Source: a virus
DNA length: 64,000 nt
Strand: one strand, 5' to 3'
UHGV virus genome: UHGV-1374678
Shown piece after piece: positions 39,080 to 47,672 of this stretch. The position numbers and the translations under genes were made by a program. Every line of letters starts with the position of its first letter. Within the stretch, counting starts at the first letter, position 1. The notes under the pieces are model-generated. The model made no database searches. It had not been told where the DNA came from and was given only the letters and a program-made list of their open reading frames with translations.

Positions 39080-42000
39080 CTACATGATTTCATATTCTTT
39101 AAAATCTAACGTGTTTGAATTCCTTAATAAATTACGTCCTCCAACACTCAATGCAGCCAAAGCATCTTTTGACAGATATTTTTGTGATACCTCTGTTTTA
39201 AAAGACGCTGCATCTTGCTTTAAATTCGATATCTCTCCATTTGCAGATTCAACAGATTGTTGAATTTGTTCTGATGTTTGTTGTAATTTAGAGATGTTTC
39301 CATTTGCATCCTCTACGCTTTGAGCAATTTTGTCTGCTCTTAATGTCAAGTCAGATTTGATTGTATTAACATTATCTTTGGTTTCGTAAGTTTCGCTTAC
39401 TTCCAATTTAATCTCTTTTGCACTTTCTGAGATAGCAGAAGATAAGGCACTTTTCATAGAATCATTGGTAACATAATTACTTTCAACTGTCTGTCTAAAT
39501 CCTTCTGCGGTCTGCTCGTTTTGAGATACTTTTTCTGATAATTTTTGAACAGTCGAACCGTCAGCTTTCTTTTCAAGCGTTGACTGTACGTCAGAAACAG
39601 TAGAAGAAATATTTCCAATAATAGACTTTGTTTCAGCCAGCTGATCCCTAACTATCTTTATTTCTGAGTTGTCATATTCTTGAATTTTTGTATTAATATC
39701 ACTCTGCCAAATTTTACTATCAATACTTTTTTCAACGGCATCAACCTTTGAAGACATACCAGACATTGAGGTTTTTATTTCTTTGATTTCTTCCGAAAGA
39801 GAGTTAGAATCAGACAATACGACAACTGTTTGTTCGTCTAATTGATTAGAAACTCCTCCTGACGAACATAAAATACATTGTATTGATTCTACATCGTCAG
39901 TAGAAATATTATATACAATACTATCTTCGTCCTCTATTGACATATATTTAGTGGAGTATGTTGATCCATCTGGCGATTCTTTTACAATAAACCTTCCTAA
40001 GTATGATTGTTTTTTAGTTGAATTACCTTCTCTATACGATGAAGAAAATGTAATTGTATTTGGAATAAAATCTCCGTTCTTATTCTTCTTTACAACAAGA
40101 GAAGATGCATTTAATTCAAAAATCCTTGCAGACGCTCCGGCTTGCCCAGGATCTCCCATTTTTGATTTTGTCCAATTAAAATTTTTAACAATCTCTTTGC
40201 CGTTAATTGTAAATGTAATTGGAATTGTTCCTGTTAAGATGTCATCTCCACCAAGATTTGCGTTCTGCGAAATATTTAAAATAACTTTTCCAGACGTAGT
40301 ATCTGTTGCGTCTTCAATTGTTCCTAACGTCATACCAGTAGGAAGAACCCCAACTGTTGCAGAACATGAAACCTGGGACATGCCAACAAAACCAATAAAA
40401 GGAATCTCAATTAACAATGGGAGAGAAGTGAGTCCATTATTATCACAAGGGATATTTTGTGATTCATTTGACATTACAATATTAAAAGATGGTTCAATCC
40501 CAGAAATGTCTTTCTTCACAGATTCTATTGATTCACGAATCGATGTGAATTCTACATCAATTCCTTTTCCATTTATTACAACTTTTCCTGCGTCGATATT
40601 TCCATTTTCGTCAGGCTCAACAATACTAAAATTTAATTTATCTTTACTAATTGAATTATCAGCAAGCATATCGTTTTTTATCAAACCATCAGAAATAGCA
40701 GATTCTTTTACCCCTGTTGAGTCAATTAATACTCCTTGCCCAGTTTCATCATAAAGACAGAATGTAAAATTATTCGTAGCATCCCTGCCTATCTGAATTC
40801 TTACAACGTTATTAGAATCTTTAAACTGCATTGTGTTTCCAATAATTTCAACACCGCCATCTTCAGACACAATATGGAATTTATCTGTACTAATATCACT
40901 TGCTTTTAACATTGACACTGTGATATTTGCTGCAATAAGATCTCGTATTACAGCTTCGTCAATTTGCACATTTTCTGCTGTAAGCTTAATTACATGAGCA
41001 ATTTCTGCACTAATATTACCAGCCAACAAGTTATCAATTGCAGCAACCAAAGCAGATAAAGTCTTAAAATCGGCACTTTCCGAAATGATTTTGTCTGCCG
41101 TTATAAGCTTTACTTGCAAATATTCAAAGAATCCATTCTCGCCAATAATGTCAGTTACTTGAATCATTTTTGCATTTAAATCAGAAATAGAAATAGATCC
41201 ACTACCTCCGGCAATAATTCCTGCAAATTCATTATTCACAATTTGAGATACTTTGTTTGAAAAAGCTCCACTAGAAATGAGTTTTTGTATAAGACCAGCA
41301 GTTAAAGTTACGCCTTCGTTATTTAAAAAGTTATTGGAATTTCCAGACGCAGATGTTTTTGAACCACCAGTAGAAGAATCTAAAAGAGACATGGTATCAC
41401 TACGAGAACTTCTGGATTGAATCATATTAGAGAAAGAAATGGACAAGTTATTATCCATAATCATTGGATAATATTCCATTGAAACCACACGAAGTTTTAC
41501 GATTTTATTTTTCCCCAGACCAAGATGTATATAGTCCCCTACATTTAATTGGTCTGTATAATTCTTGTAATCATATTTTGCAAGAAAATTATCTAAACTT
41601 GTTGTGTAAGTGTATTGTGGATGTGCGGAAATGTATAAATCATCTTGTGCGGCATTTAACAGTTTTAACTGTTCGTCTATTGCAGACACCTGATCGTCAG
41701 AATCCACAAGAAACATATTCTCATTTGTATAGTCACCGTCTATGTACAACTTTGACAGTTCTAATAGCTCGTCTTCTGTAAATGGAAGAATCTCTTGAGA
41801 CAAAAGGAATCTGTTTCCTTCTTCGTCTACAATATAATTTCCCTCTTCATCTGTAAGATATTTCTCAGACCCGTCAAGAACATGTTCCCAAGTTTCTTTT
41901 TCTACAGACTCGGCAATGGCTTTTCTTGCATCGTCATATTCTTTTTGGATTGCTTTAGCCGAATCAATCTCTACCTGTCTTTGATTATATGCCTCTTTGC

Positions 42001-43549
42001 ATCCATCGACAAAATCTGGATCTAATTGGTTCTTTGCATCGAGATACTTTTCATACATCGCTTCGTGAGTATCTTTTGTATGTGACGACTCATCAGAATA
42101 TGGTTCACTATATCCATTTTTCTCACAGATGTCTATAATGTTTTGATACTCATCAAGCTTTACTTGTAGTTCGTCCAACCCATATAATTTCCAGTTTGTT
42201 TTCCACGTATCAACATAATCCGCTTTGTCATCGTCCGTCGGCAATTCTCGGTTCGCAAATTCGATTTCAATCGACGGAAGGATTACATCCTTTATCTGAT
42301 AATAATCATTTGCATCTACCGACGCTTTTAATGCATCTTCATCAAAATTTCCATCTTTATCAACATAAAAAGATTCATATCCTTTTAACTGTGCCTTGTA
42401 GTTTTCTTGAGCTTCTCGCAATTCGTCATCTGTAAAAGTACTCCAATCTGTAGAACAGTCATCAAGCGGAACTCTGTCATACAATTCGGATATTACACTC
42501 ATCTGTTTGTTATATAGACGAGTATTTTCTATGTAAGATGGTCTTCGTGCTTCAACGTCATCTTTCCATAAATTATATTTCCAAATAGTTAATGGGCTTA
42601 AATATTTTTCATTAAGATAATAAGAAATGTCTTCAATATAATTATGTCCAAAATTAACATAGGTAATCCCAAGATCGTCTTGCCCTTGGACATAATATCT
42701 TGTAAATATATTGGAATCATCTACACTTATCTCGTGAGACTGTTGCAGATTGCGGAAACCAATATTTATATTCGTATCTTTCCCTAGATTTTCAGGATGA
42801 TATACATTAATAACAAATCTTTTAAAATCAAATACGAACACAACTTCGAAAAATTTTGCCATGTCTTGTGTGAAAAATGAATACAAATCTTGGCTTTCAA
42901 TGTCAAACGATCCAACCTCGTCGGATAGAAGAGTGGTCTTTTCTTTTAACTCACCGTCTTCATAATATTTATAAGTCTTAGGGACTTTATCAATGTGTCC
43001 GACCGTCCATCCGTATAATCCAGACGCTTTCATCGCTAAGTCTAAAAGACTAAGTTGTGGATTGTCTGCGTTATAGAATTTAATTTGTTCTTTCGCAAAT
43101 TCTACATCGTCAATAATTTCTACGTTCCCATCTGCGAGCATTTCCAATGAATCGGTTGTTCCCTGGTTAATTTTAAATGATTTTAGGTCATGTTGCTGAA
43201 ATTCTATTTCTGCGGACTCGGCAGAGATTGTTTTATACTCTTTATATGCTTCTCCATGTACTACAGGAGGACTCATAATAAACCATCCAATATTTTCAAC
43301 ATACACTCTCATTTTCTGATCGAGCAAAAGGTAGACATAAGATTCAACTTCTTTGGTTCGTCCATTATCTTCATATAAGATGAATTTATTTACATCAAAG
43401 GTTAAAGACCATGTGTTGTTAATGTTCGGAGTAAGAACACAAGAATCTTCTACCATTCCGTTAATGGCACACAACACTTTATTATTTGGAGTTCCAAGAT
43501 ATAATTTTGCCGGCTTCGGCTGACGATGGTTGTCAAAATAAATATTCAA
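39080..43549 (-). CDS. tail-associated lysin / tail tip protein Tal (Prophage_tail family N-terminus), 1489 aa
   Basis: N-terminal region typical of siphovirus Tal (PF06605-like); sits immediately downstream of Dit. Confidence 0.7.
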   Translation of the reverse strand: MNIYFDNHRQPKPAKLYLGTPNNKVLCAINGMVEDSCVLTPNINNTWSLTFDVNKFILYEDNGRTKEVESYVYLLLDQKMRVYVENIGWFIMSPPVVHGEAYKEYKTISAESAEIEFQQHDLKSFKINQGTTDSLEMLADGNVEIIDDVEFAKEQIKFYNADNPQLSLLDLAMKASGLYGWTVGHIDKVPKTYKYYEDGELKEKTTLLSDEVGSFDIESQDLYSFFTQDMAKFFEVVFVFDFKRFVINVYHPENLGKDTNINIGFRNLQQSHEISVDDSNIFTRYYVQGQDDLGITYVNFGHNYIEDISYYLNEKYLSPLTIWKYNLWKDDVEARRPSYIENTRLYNKQMSVISELYDRVPLDDCSTDWSTFTDDELREAQENYKAQLKGYESFYVDKDGNFDEDALKASVDANDYYQIKDVILPSIEIEFANRELPTDDDKADYVDTWKTNWKLYGLDELQVKLDEYQNIIDICEKNGYSEPYSDESSHTKDTHEAMYEKYLDAKNQLDPDFVDGCKEAYNQRQVEIDSAKAIQKEYDDARKAIAESVEKETWEHVLDGSEKYLTDEEGNYIVDEEGNRFLLSQEILPFTEDELLELSKLYIDGDYTNENMFLVDSDDQVSAIDEQLKLLNAAQDDLYISAHPQYTYTTSLDNFLAKYDYKNYTDQLNVGDYIHLGLGKNKIVKLRVVSMEYYPMIMDNNLSISFSNMIQSRSSRSDTMSLLDSSTGGSKTSASGNSNNFLNNEGVTLTAGLIQKLISSGAFSNKVSQIVNNEFAGIIAGGSGSISISDLNAKMIQVTDIIGENGFFEYLQVKLITADKIISESADFKTLSALVAAIDNLLAGNISAEIAHVIKLTAENVQIDEAVIRDLIAANITVSMLKASDISTDKFHIVSEDGGVEIIGNTMQFKDSNNVVRIQIGRDATNNFTFCLYDETGQGVLIDSTGVKESAISDGLIKNDMLADNSISKDKLNFSIVEPDENGNIDAGKVVINGKGIDVEFTSIRESIESVKKDISGIEPSFNIVMSNESQNIPCDNNGLTSLPLLIEIPFIGFVGMSQVSCSATVGVLPTGMTLGTIEDATDTTSGKVILNISQNANLGGDDILTGTIPITFTINGKEIVKNFNWTKSKMGDPGQAGASARIFELNASSLVVKKNKNGDFIPNTITFSSSYREGNSTKKQSYLGRFIVKESPDGSTYSTKYMSIEDEDSIVYNISTDDVESIQCILCSSGGVSNQLDEQTVVVLSDSNSLSEEIKEIKTSMSGMSSKVDAVEKSIDSKIWQSDINTKIQEYDNSEIKIVRDQLAETKSIIGNISSTVSDVQSTLEKKADGSTVQKLSEKVSQNEQTAEGFRQTVESNYVTNDSMKSALSSAISESAKEIKLEVSETYETKDNVNTIKSDLTLRADKIAQSVEDANGNISKLQQTSEQIQQSVESANGEISNLKQDAASFKTEVSQKYLSKDALAALSVGGRNLLRNSNTLDFKEYEIM

Positions 43550-43551
43550 AT

Positions 43552-44649
43552 TTATTCACCAACCTTTCGTGATTCTATGTGCTTAAATGTAAAATCTGCA
43601 TTGCCATACAGAAGGATAGAATTATTCCCATGCAAAAGTTGCAACCAGTACATGTAGTCAACGTCGTTTATACCAAGACGGTCATAAGTAATCATTCTGC
43701 CAAGCTCGTCATTAATGGTTAATTTTAAGCAATCCATATATACCGTAAGGTCTTTGTACACTTTCATATATACAAATCCATTTTCAACAATCGAATAAAC
43801 ATGGGTATCCGGCATATAGTATGCGGTGCATTTTGTTTCGACACCGTAAATATCTGTTAGATTAAATTGCACAGCCGTCCCGTCGCATAGACTTACAATG
43901 TCATACGCACCTGATCCGGTGTATTCTAATGTGTAATTATTTTTGGATGCGAATTCTTCCACGGTATCAAGAAGAGAATTAAAGTAAGAATTTGAAGTAG
44001 AAGAGAGTGTCAGTGTTCCTGTGGCTATGATATTTGCATCATTTAGGTTGCAAATATAAATTTCTCCATTTTCATGAGGGTTAATTACAATTGATGGATA
44101 ACAACTGGATTCAAGCTCATCACTGTCATTTGATATAAGGATATTCTTGTAATTTGAAACACTGATTTCATCGACAATTTCATTTGTGTATCCAAATGGA
44201 GTAGTACACCGGAATGTCATTCTTATTCCATATATTGATCCATATGCAACAAAAGTTTCAATATTAGAAAACCATCCGTAATACCGAACAGCATCATCTG
44301 TTTCATTATCATATTCAAAGTTTAACCATTCTGGAAAATGTGATGATGTAAGCCATCTTGTAAGCTCTCTAATATCAGATTTTGTAATTTCCAAATTTTC
44401 CTGTGAATCGTATTTGCAAGGATTCTTCATAATATCTAATTCTATTTCAAGGTTGTCTGACCATTTATCGTAAAATGTATTCGCCTCAACTTTGTATCTG
44501 TTGGAATCTCCAACTTCCATGTCTCTTGCCATTGAAAGAGATACGTCCCCATCTGCATCGAAATCAACTGAAATATAATCTGCTAATAAATTGCTAAATT
44601 TTTCGCTACAAAAAGTAAAATCTTTAAATTTTTTTGCCATTTCTTTCAC
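43552..44649 (-). CDS. distal tail protein Dit (Sipho_tail-like)
   Basis: Position between the tape-measure region and Tal; 365 aa. Confidence 0.6.
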   Translation of the reverse strand: MKEMAKKFKDFTFCSEKFSNLLADYISVDFDADGDVSLSMARDMEVGDSNRYKVEANTFYDKWSDNLEIELDIMKNPCKYDSQENLEITKSDIRELTRWLTSSHFPEWLNFEYDNETDDAVRYYGWFSNIETFVAYGSIYGIRMTFRCTTPFGYTNEIVDEISVSNYKNILISNDSDELESSCYPSIVINPHENGEIYICNLNDANIIATGTLTLSSTSNSYFNSLLDTVEEFASKNNYTLEYTGSGAYDIVSLCDGTAVQFNLTDIYGVETKCTAYYMPDTHVYSIVENGFVYMKVYKDLTVYMDCLKLTINDELGRMITYDRLGINDVDYMYWLQLLHGNNSILLYGNADFTFKHIESRKVGE

Positions 44650-44702
44650 CTCTTCTCATAAAAAACGAAGACACCATTATCTGATGCCTTCGCTAAAATA
44701 AA

Positions 44703-46202
44703 TTATCTGATTTTTTTAAGACCAAGCTTTCTTGCTTCTTGAGTCATTCTTTTATCAATATACTCATATGCATATTCCGCCATTTTTTGTGTTCCAGGGA
44801 ATGTGTCTTTGTCAACATTTCCTTCAACATTAATCAAGCTTCCATAAGTATTTTGAATTGTCATGTTTCCAGAAGAATCTGCTTTCGTATCATTAATCAA
44901 TTTTAAAGTATTGATCATACTATCAACTAACTTATTGGCAGTAACAGAGCTATCAATTTGTGTCTTGTATTTCTGTCCACCAAACATAATGTTTCCATCT
45001 TCATCCAGATGAGCAGAAAGAGCCATTAATTTCTCTGTTTCATTATTTGGAATTACTCCATCACCACGGTGTAATTTTGTAAGCTTTGCACCATCGCTTT
45101 TTCTGACAATAATTTCTCGTTTATTGTCCTCACCAGTCCATGCAAGCTGATCTGCACCAACTCCTAATGTACCGTTTTCATAACCGCTAATCTGTGACAA
45201 GCTAACCCATCCAAGGTTCCCATAACGTCCGTCAGCAGATTTAATATGGATTTTTAAATTTCCAGTATTACGTCCAGTTCCGCCATAATCCTTGCTAGAA
45301 TAACTGTCAATTACAACACCGTTTGGAACACCAGAGTATCTGGTTCCGGCTGGATTCATTCCCCATGAATCGTAGTAATATCTACCAGTAAAGGTTACAA
45401 CATCACCTACTCGTGGGATGCCATCTCCACCAGTGCTAACAGACGGTTTCTTAGCCGGTTTAGGTGGCTCGGGTTTCTTTGTAACGGTAACGGCAATCGT
45501 TTTAGAGATGCCACTGCCATCGGTTGTCGAAACCGTTACAGTACATGATCCAGGCTTAATTGCTTTGATAGTACCGTTTGATGCGGTAGCAACAGCAGTA
45601 TTGCTTGATTTCCAAGAAAGAGTCTTGTTTTTTGCATCATTTGGTCTTATCGTTGCCTTAATTGCTGTAGATTTCCCTTCCTCAAGGGTCACAGAAGTTT
45701 TGTCTATCTTCAGTTCGGCTACCGGACGATTCTCCGTATTCTCTGGAGACATAATATCTTCTGTGATTTTGCCATTTTCAATTGCATTATCTTTAATTGG
45801 ATCTGTAATTGTGCCACTGGCAGAAGAAGAAGGGTTTTTATTTGCATCGGATTGAGATTGAGAAGCGTTGTCTTTTTGAGACTGTGCTCCTTCTTGGGAC
45901 GACATTTGATTTTGATTATTGTTAAAATCGGTGCTTCCGACCCATCCAAAATTGGATATAATAGAATTAATCTTATTATAAGCATCTTGATATTTTCCTA
46001 CAGCCTTATTAAGCATTGAATCGATTATTTCAAGCTGCTTATCTGCATTATGACTAATTTCATATTCCGTATCCTCTAACATCTGTTGGAGGTCATCAGA
46101 AAGCTTGTCGTAGCCTTCGCTCTGCATATCATTTGCATGATCACGTTTTGTGTCGGACAACTCATCTTCAGCAGATTTGAGCTGTTCCTTCAGCTTTTTC
46201 AC
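44703..46202 (-). CDS. coiled-coil / Big_2 / SH3b-like protein with no RBS; probable 3' exon continuing the tape-measure reading frame after the intron
   Basis: N-terminal coiled coil; Big_2-like domain (VTLEEGKSTAIKATIRPNDAKNKTLSWKSSNTAVATASNG...); SH3b-like GW repeats. Frame is open upstream to a TGA with no ATG and no SD. Confidence 0.5.
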   Translation of the reverse strand: MKKLKEQLKSAEDELSDTKRDHANDMQSEGYDKLSDDLQQMLEDTEYEISHNADKQLEIIDSMLNKAVGKYQDAYNKINSIISNFGWVGSTDFNNNQNQMSSQEGAQSQKDNASQSQSDANKNPSSSASGTITDPIKDNAIENGKITEDIMSPENTENRPVAELKIDKTSVTLEEGKSTAIKATIRPNDAKNKTLSWKSSNTAVATASNGTIKAIKPGSCTVTVSTTDGSGISKTIAVTVTKKPEPPKPAKKPSVSTGGDGIPRVGDVVTFTGRYYYDSWGMNPAGTRYSGVPNGVVIDSYSSKDYGGTGRNTGNLKIHIKSADGRYGNLGWVSLSQISGYENGTLGVGADQLAWTGEDNKREIIVRKSDGAKLTKLHRGDGVIPNNETEKLMALSAHLDEDGNIMFGGQKYKTQIDSSVTANKLVDSMINTLKLINDTKADSSGNMTIQNTYGSLINVEGNVDKDTFPGTQKMAEYAYEYIDKRMTQEARKLGLKKIR

Positions 46203-47672
46203 TTGTGCTTGAGCACTTAAATTATTTCACTTGTCTTTTCATCCATTCGCTACATGGATGAGAGCATATTAAATACTCCTCATACTTTCATATGAGAATG
46301 GGACTATATCTTCTATTTGAATAAAATTATTTTGAATTTTTGTTTGAAATGTTTGAGATATTTTGGACATTATAAAAGAGCAGTAGTGATTTACTGCTCT
46401 TGGATATTATATCTTTTCATTTTTAGGTTTATATGACGGACTTCGGTAAATTTCAGTTTTACTCTCAAGTTCCGTTTCAAAATGTGTGATTTTATTTAAT
46501 AACAACAATGTACTTTTTGAAGTTCCACGGGTATAATCTGTATAATACTTTTTAAAAAATGAACAACCTTTATGTTCATTTTCAAATTTAGGATAAATTC
46601 TTTCTTTAACAAGGAATAAATAGAATGTTTCTGCATCTACATATTCCAAAAGATAATCTGCAACTATTTCTGTATATTGCGTGTAAAATCGTGGATTGAT
46701 TTTATACATAACATCATTATTTTCTATAATATCTTCTAATAAATATAAATTTGCTATACGTTCTTCAACCTTGTATTGTTCATATTTTAAAGATTTTTTT
46801 AAATATTCAATTTTCAAATCTCCACTTAATATATCTTTAAATATACGTTCTCTATTTGTAGAAGAAAATTTTAAATCATCTAAATGTTGTATTCCTGCTA
46901 AATGAAAGAAGGAATCATATGGAAAGTGAAGCAATAAATTATATTCTTTTCCTTTTCTTCCAAGCTTAATTTCATATGCAACATGTCTTAATTTTGCATA
47001 TTTTACAGCCGCTTCATACAATATGTCTTGTTGCATTTTATCCCCCGTAAACACAAAAGGCTCTGTTTCAAACAGAGCCCTTTTATGTGATGTTTTCTTT
47101 CGGATCTAGCCTAGTCAGATTGTGGACGAACATCAAACCCCATAATGTCAGTATATACCACTTTTCTGACAAAGCGACATATACCATTTGACAACAGACA
47201 CTCAAGTTGCCTGTTTATAACATTGTAAGAAAGACACATATCTTTCTTAACTATATTATAGCCAATTTAAGAGAAAAATGCTACCCAAAAATACTACAAA
47301 AGTACGCATTTTTTATTATGCAAACATTCCAAAACATACGTTCTATTTTACGTGTTATATATATCTTTTCCATTATAATTTGTTTTATTCAAATAGTCTA
47401 TATTTTTCAAGTCGCCAATCGCTTGCGACCCTACATTAAGGCTTACGCCACCCATAAAGGGTTAGTCTCTGAATGTCTTCCGTATCTGTTGACTTAGGAA
47501 GTTCACTGCGTCTGGGAGACTTGCACTCCCGGTTATCCCTAACCTATTTGTTTTTTATGGTTTCTATCTTTCGACTGGTGAGTTTTAAACTCATACCGCA
47601 TTCACGCTTACCGTTTCCAGTTACGTTGTAGCAAAATAGGGTTATGGGGATGTCCCCGCAATTAAATAGATT
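46203..47672 (-). mobile_element. group I self-splicing intron (approximate bounds) with an internal ORF, between the TMP ORF and the downstream exon
   Basis: On the - strand: P-like AATTGCGGGG (47646..47663); P5 hairpin GGGGACATCCCC; Q-like GACGCAG; P6 CCTAAGTCAACAGAT (47484..47498); R-like TTCAGAGACTAA (47462..47474); GTAA-looped P8 GGCGTAAGCC; P9-like hairpin at 47411..47429. Then an ORF with its own RBS. Confidence 0.55.
46407..47054 (-). CDS. intron-encoded ORF (215 aa), unknown family; no canonical GIY-YIG, HNH or LAGLIDADG motif seen
   Basis: RBS GGGGGAT before the ATG, directly after the hairpin at 47055..47084; followed by the hairpin at 46377..46400. Confidence 0.55.
   Translation of the reverse strand: MFTGDKMQQDILYEAAVKYAKLRHVAYEIKLGRKGKEYNLLLHFPYDSFFHLAGIQHLDDLKFSSTNRERIFKDILSGDLKIEYLKKSLKYEQYKVEERIANLYLLEDIIENNDVMYKINPRFYTQYTEIVADYLLEYVDAETFYLFLVKERIYPKFENEHKGCSFFKKYYTDYTRGTSKSTLLLLNKITHFETELESKTEIYRSPSYKPKNEKI

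Noticed and set aside
39951-43378. + strand ORFs 39951..40754, 41464..41781, 41795..42025, 42196..42435 and 43190..43378 inside the Tal gene
   Set aside because: Antisense to the 1489-aa Tal CDS; compositionally biased reverse-frame artefacts.
45418-45985. ORFs 45418..45855 + and 45719..45985 - within 44703..46202
   Set aside because: Antisense or alternative frames of the Big_2/SH3 protein.
47207-47497. ORF 47207..47497 +
   Set aside because: Lies antisense across the predicted group I intron core (R, P6 and P9 elements). No RBS.
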